Source: Candidatus Geothermarchaeota archaeon (GTDB taxonomy: Archaea > Thermoproteota > Nitrososphaeria > Geothermarchaeales > JDFR-13). Taken from it: DNA of 59,363 nucleotides. The notes beneath the pieces were generated by a model, which saw only the letters and a list, made by a program, of their open reading frames with translations, was not told the origin of the DNA and ran no database searches. Positions 58,406 through 59,363 of this stretch are shown here, in pieces. The first letter of the stretch is position 1, and every line of letters starts with the position of its first letter. Both the position numbers and the translations under genes were made by a program. The stretch spans positions 1-59,363 of the forward strand of contig WAKC01000015.1 of NCBI GenBank assembly GCA_015523605.1, written 5' to 3'.

Positions 58406-59353
58406 ATGGCTAAAAGGGATAGGATAAATATTCTACATTATATTAAACGTGGTACAGATATAATTAAATCCTCGACACGATACCCCCACCTACTACCTAT
58501 AATCATAAGTAGATTAACGAGTAGACTCATTGATAGAATTGGGTTATTCCCAAGTATAGATGCTCCTGACCAGAAGAGATTAATTCATAGTAGAGACTGG
58601 GACATACTCATAATACTAGATGCATGTAGATACGATGCATATATAAATTCATCTGCATATAAACTGGGGGGAGAAATAACCTTTTCCTGGTCACCCGCAT
58701 CGATAACACCGCATTGGGTAATGAGGACATGGTTGGATGGAGACTGGAGAGACGTCGTTTACATCTCTGCCAACGTCTTCATCAATAAATCACTTGGTGC
58801 TAAGAAGCATCTACATAGGCTATTCATATACGATTTGAAAGATAAGTTTCTAGATATCATCGAGGTATGGAGAAAGGGGACTGATAAAAGGCTCCATACG
58901 GTTCCACCGTGGAATGTATACCGAGCCTATAGAACTACACGGTTGAAGATGAAGCTTAGAGGGTTAGAGCTGGGTAGGGACTATAAAATGGTCATACATT
59001 TTATGCAGCCCCACACACCATTCATAACACAGGAGAGACTAAACCACCTTATATACAAGCTTGATGAGGAGATAATGAAGACCGGGATCCAACTAGGTTT
59101 TGAATATCTATACATTCCATATCTAAGGAAACACTTGAGAAAAGATGTTGTGGATAAGATCCTATGGAGGGGATATCAAGAAAACCTGGAAATCGCCTTA
59201 TCCTATGCAAAGAAGATAGTGAAGGAGAATAGAGGTAAAAGTATAGTTATAACATCGGATCATGGAGAGATGATGGGAGAATATAACCTATATTTCCACT
59301 TCGACATAGAAAATATACAGCTTAGATTAGTTCCATACCATATTATTAGCTAG
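58406..59353 (+). CDS. Alkaline-phosphatase-superfamily protein (NPP/PglZ-like core)
   Basis: Metal-site Asp in ILIILDACRYDAY, nucleophile-Thr region SPASITPHWVMRTWLDG (compare PTxTxPNHxxxxTG), and a distal metal site ITSDHGEMMGE. Confidence 0.6.
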   Translation: MAKRDRINILHYIKRGTDIIKSSTRYPHLLPIIISRLTSRLIDRIGLFPSIDAPDQKRLIHSRDWDILIILDACRYDAYINSSAYKLGGEITFSWSPASITPHWVMRTWLDGDWRDVVYISANVFINKSLGAKKHLHRLFIYDLKDKFLDIIEVWRKGTDKRLHTVPPWNVYRAYRTTRLKMKLRGLELGRDYKMVIHFMQPHTPFITQERLNHLIYKLDEEIMKTGIQLGFEYLYIPYLRKHLRKDVVDKILWRGYQENLEIALSYAKKIVKENRGKSIVITSDHGEMMGEYNLYFHFDIENIQLRLVPYHIIS

Positions 59354-59363
59354 ACATCAAACT

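Noticed and set aside
54862-59353. I considered reading the methyltransferase, peptidase, HTH and alkaline-phosphatase-superfamily genes as a miniature BREX-like (PglX/PglZ/protease) defence locus.
   Set aside because: The peptidase is a standard S9 acylaminoacyl-peptidase rather than a Lon-like BrxL. There is no BrxC-type ATPase, BrxA or BrxB. The AP-superfamily protein is far smaller than PglZ. The genes are separated by independent promoter-like spacers. The resemblance is superficial.
1-59363. I searched for rRNA, tRNA, SRP/RNase P RNA, CRISPR arrays, transposases, integrases, and direct repeats flanking islands.
   Set aside because: The longest non-coding stretches are 240, 215, 144 and 129 bp, and all are AT-rich. 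No GC-rich cloverleaf-sized segment, no regularly spaced repeats and no recombinase-like ORF were seen. Short or intron-containing RNAs cannot be fully excluded by eye; tRNAscan-SE and Infernal would settle it.

Overview
This is a gene-dense, AT-rich chromosomal core region. By my calls about 96% of bases lie inside CDSs, and the spacers are short and AT-rich. The source is a hyperthermophilic archaeon, most consistent with a crenarchaeote of Desulfurococcales-like gene content. Supporting markers are reverse gyrase, archaeal IleRS plus stand-alone AlaX, bifunctional PGI/PMI, a two-subunit 2-oxoacid:ferredoxin oxidoreductase, tungsten aldehyde:ferredoxin oxidoreductase, family-4 UDG, a PDCD5-like protein, RNase J, TrpB2 and a PIN-ATPase-KH protein.

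I call 57 protein-coding genes, one of them truncated at the left edge. I could not support any rRNA, tRNA, CRISPR array, transposase, integrase or recognisable defence island. Many genes look leaderless, with a TATA-like box about 30-35 nt upstream of the ATG. Internal operon genes such as sdh carry GAGGTG-type Shine-Dalgarno motifs. Several ORF-track N-termini that start at TTG or GTG look over-extended, so I shortened them to ATG codons preceded by such a box.

No single unambiguous 'new system' stands out. The candidates I consider most worth follow-up all rest on motif reading by eye and need profile or structure searches:
1. A TtuA/NcsA paralogue with a destroyed PP-loop lies 4 nt upstream of RNase J and may be a Ctu2/Ncs2-like partner.
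2. A 440-aa tandem ThyX-fold protein has both ThyX signatures degenerate.
3. An aminotransferase-fold protein whose Schiff-base Lys is Arg appears co-transcribed with sdhACDB.
4. A tight six-gene, mostly membrane-embedded cassette runs DUF4129-DUF4350-MoxR-DUF58, and an orphan SPPY methyltransferase diverges from it.
5. A Tyr/Arg-rich 354-aa orphan has no recognisable family.
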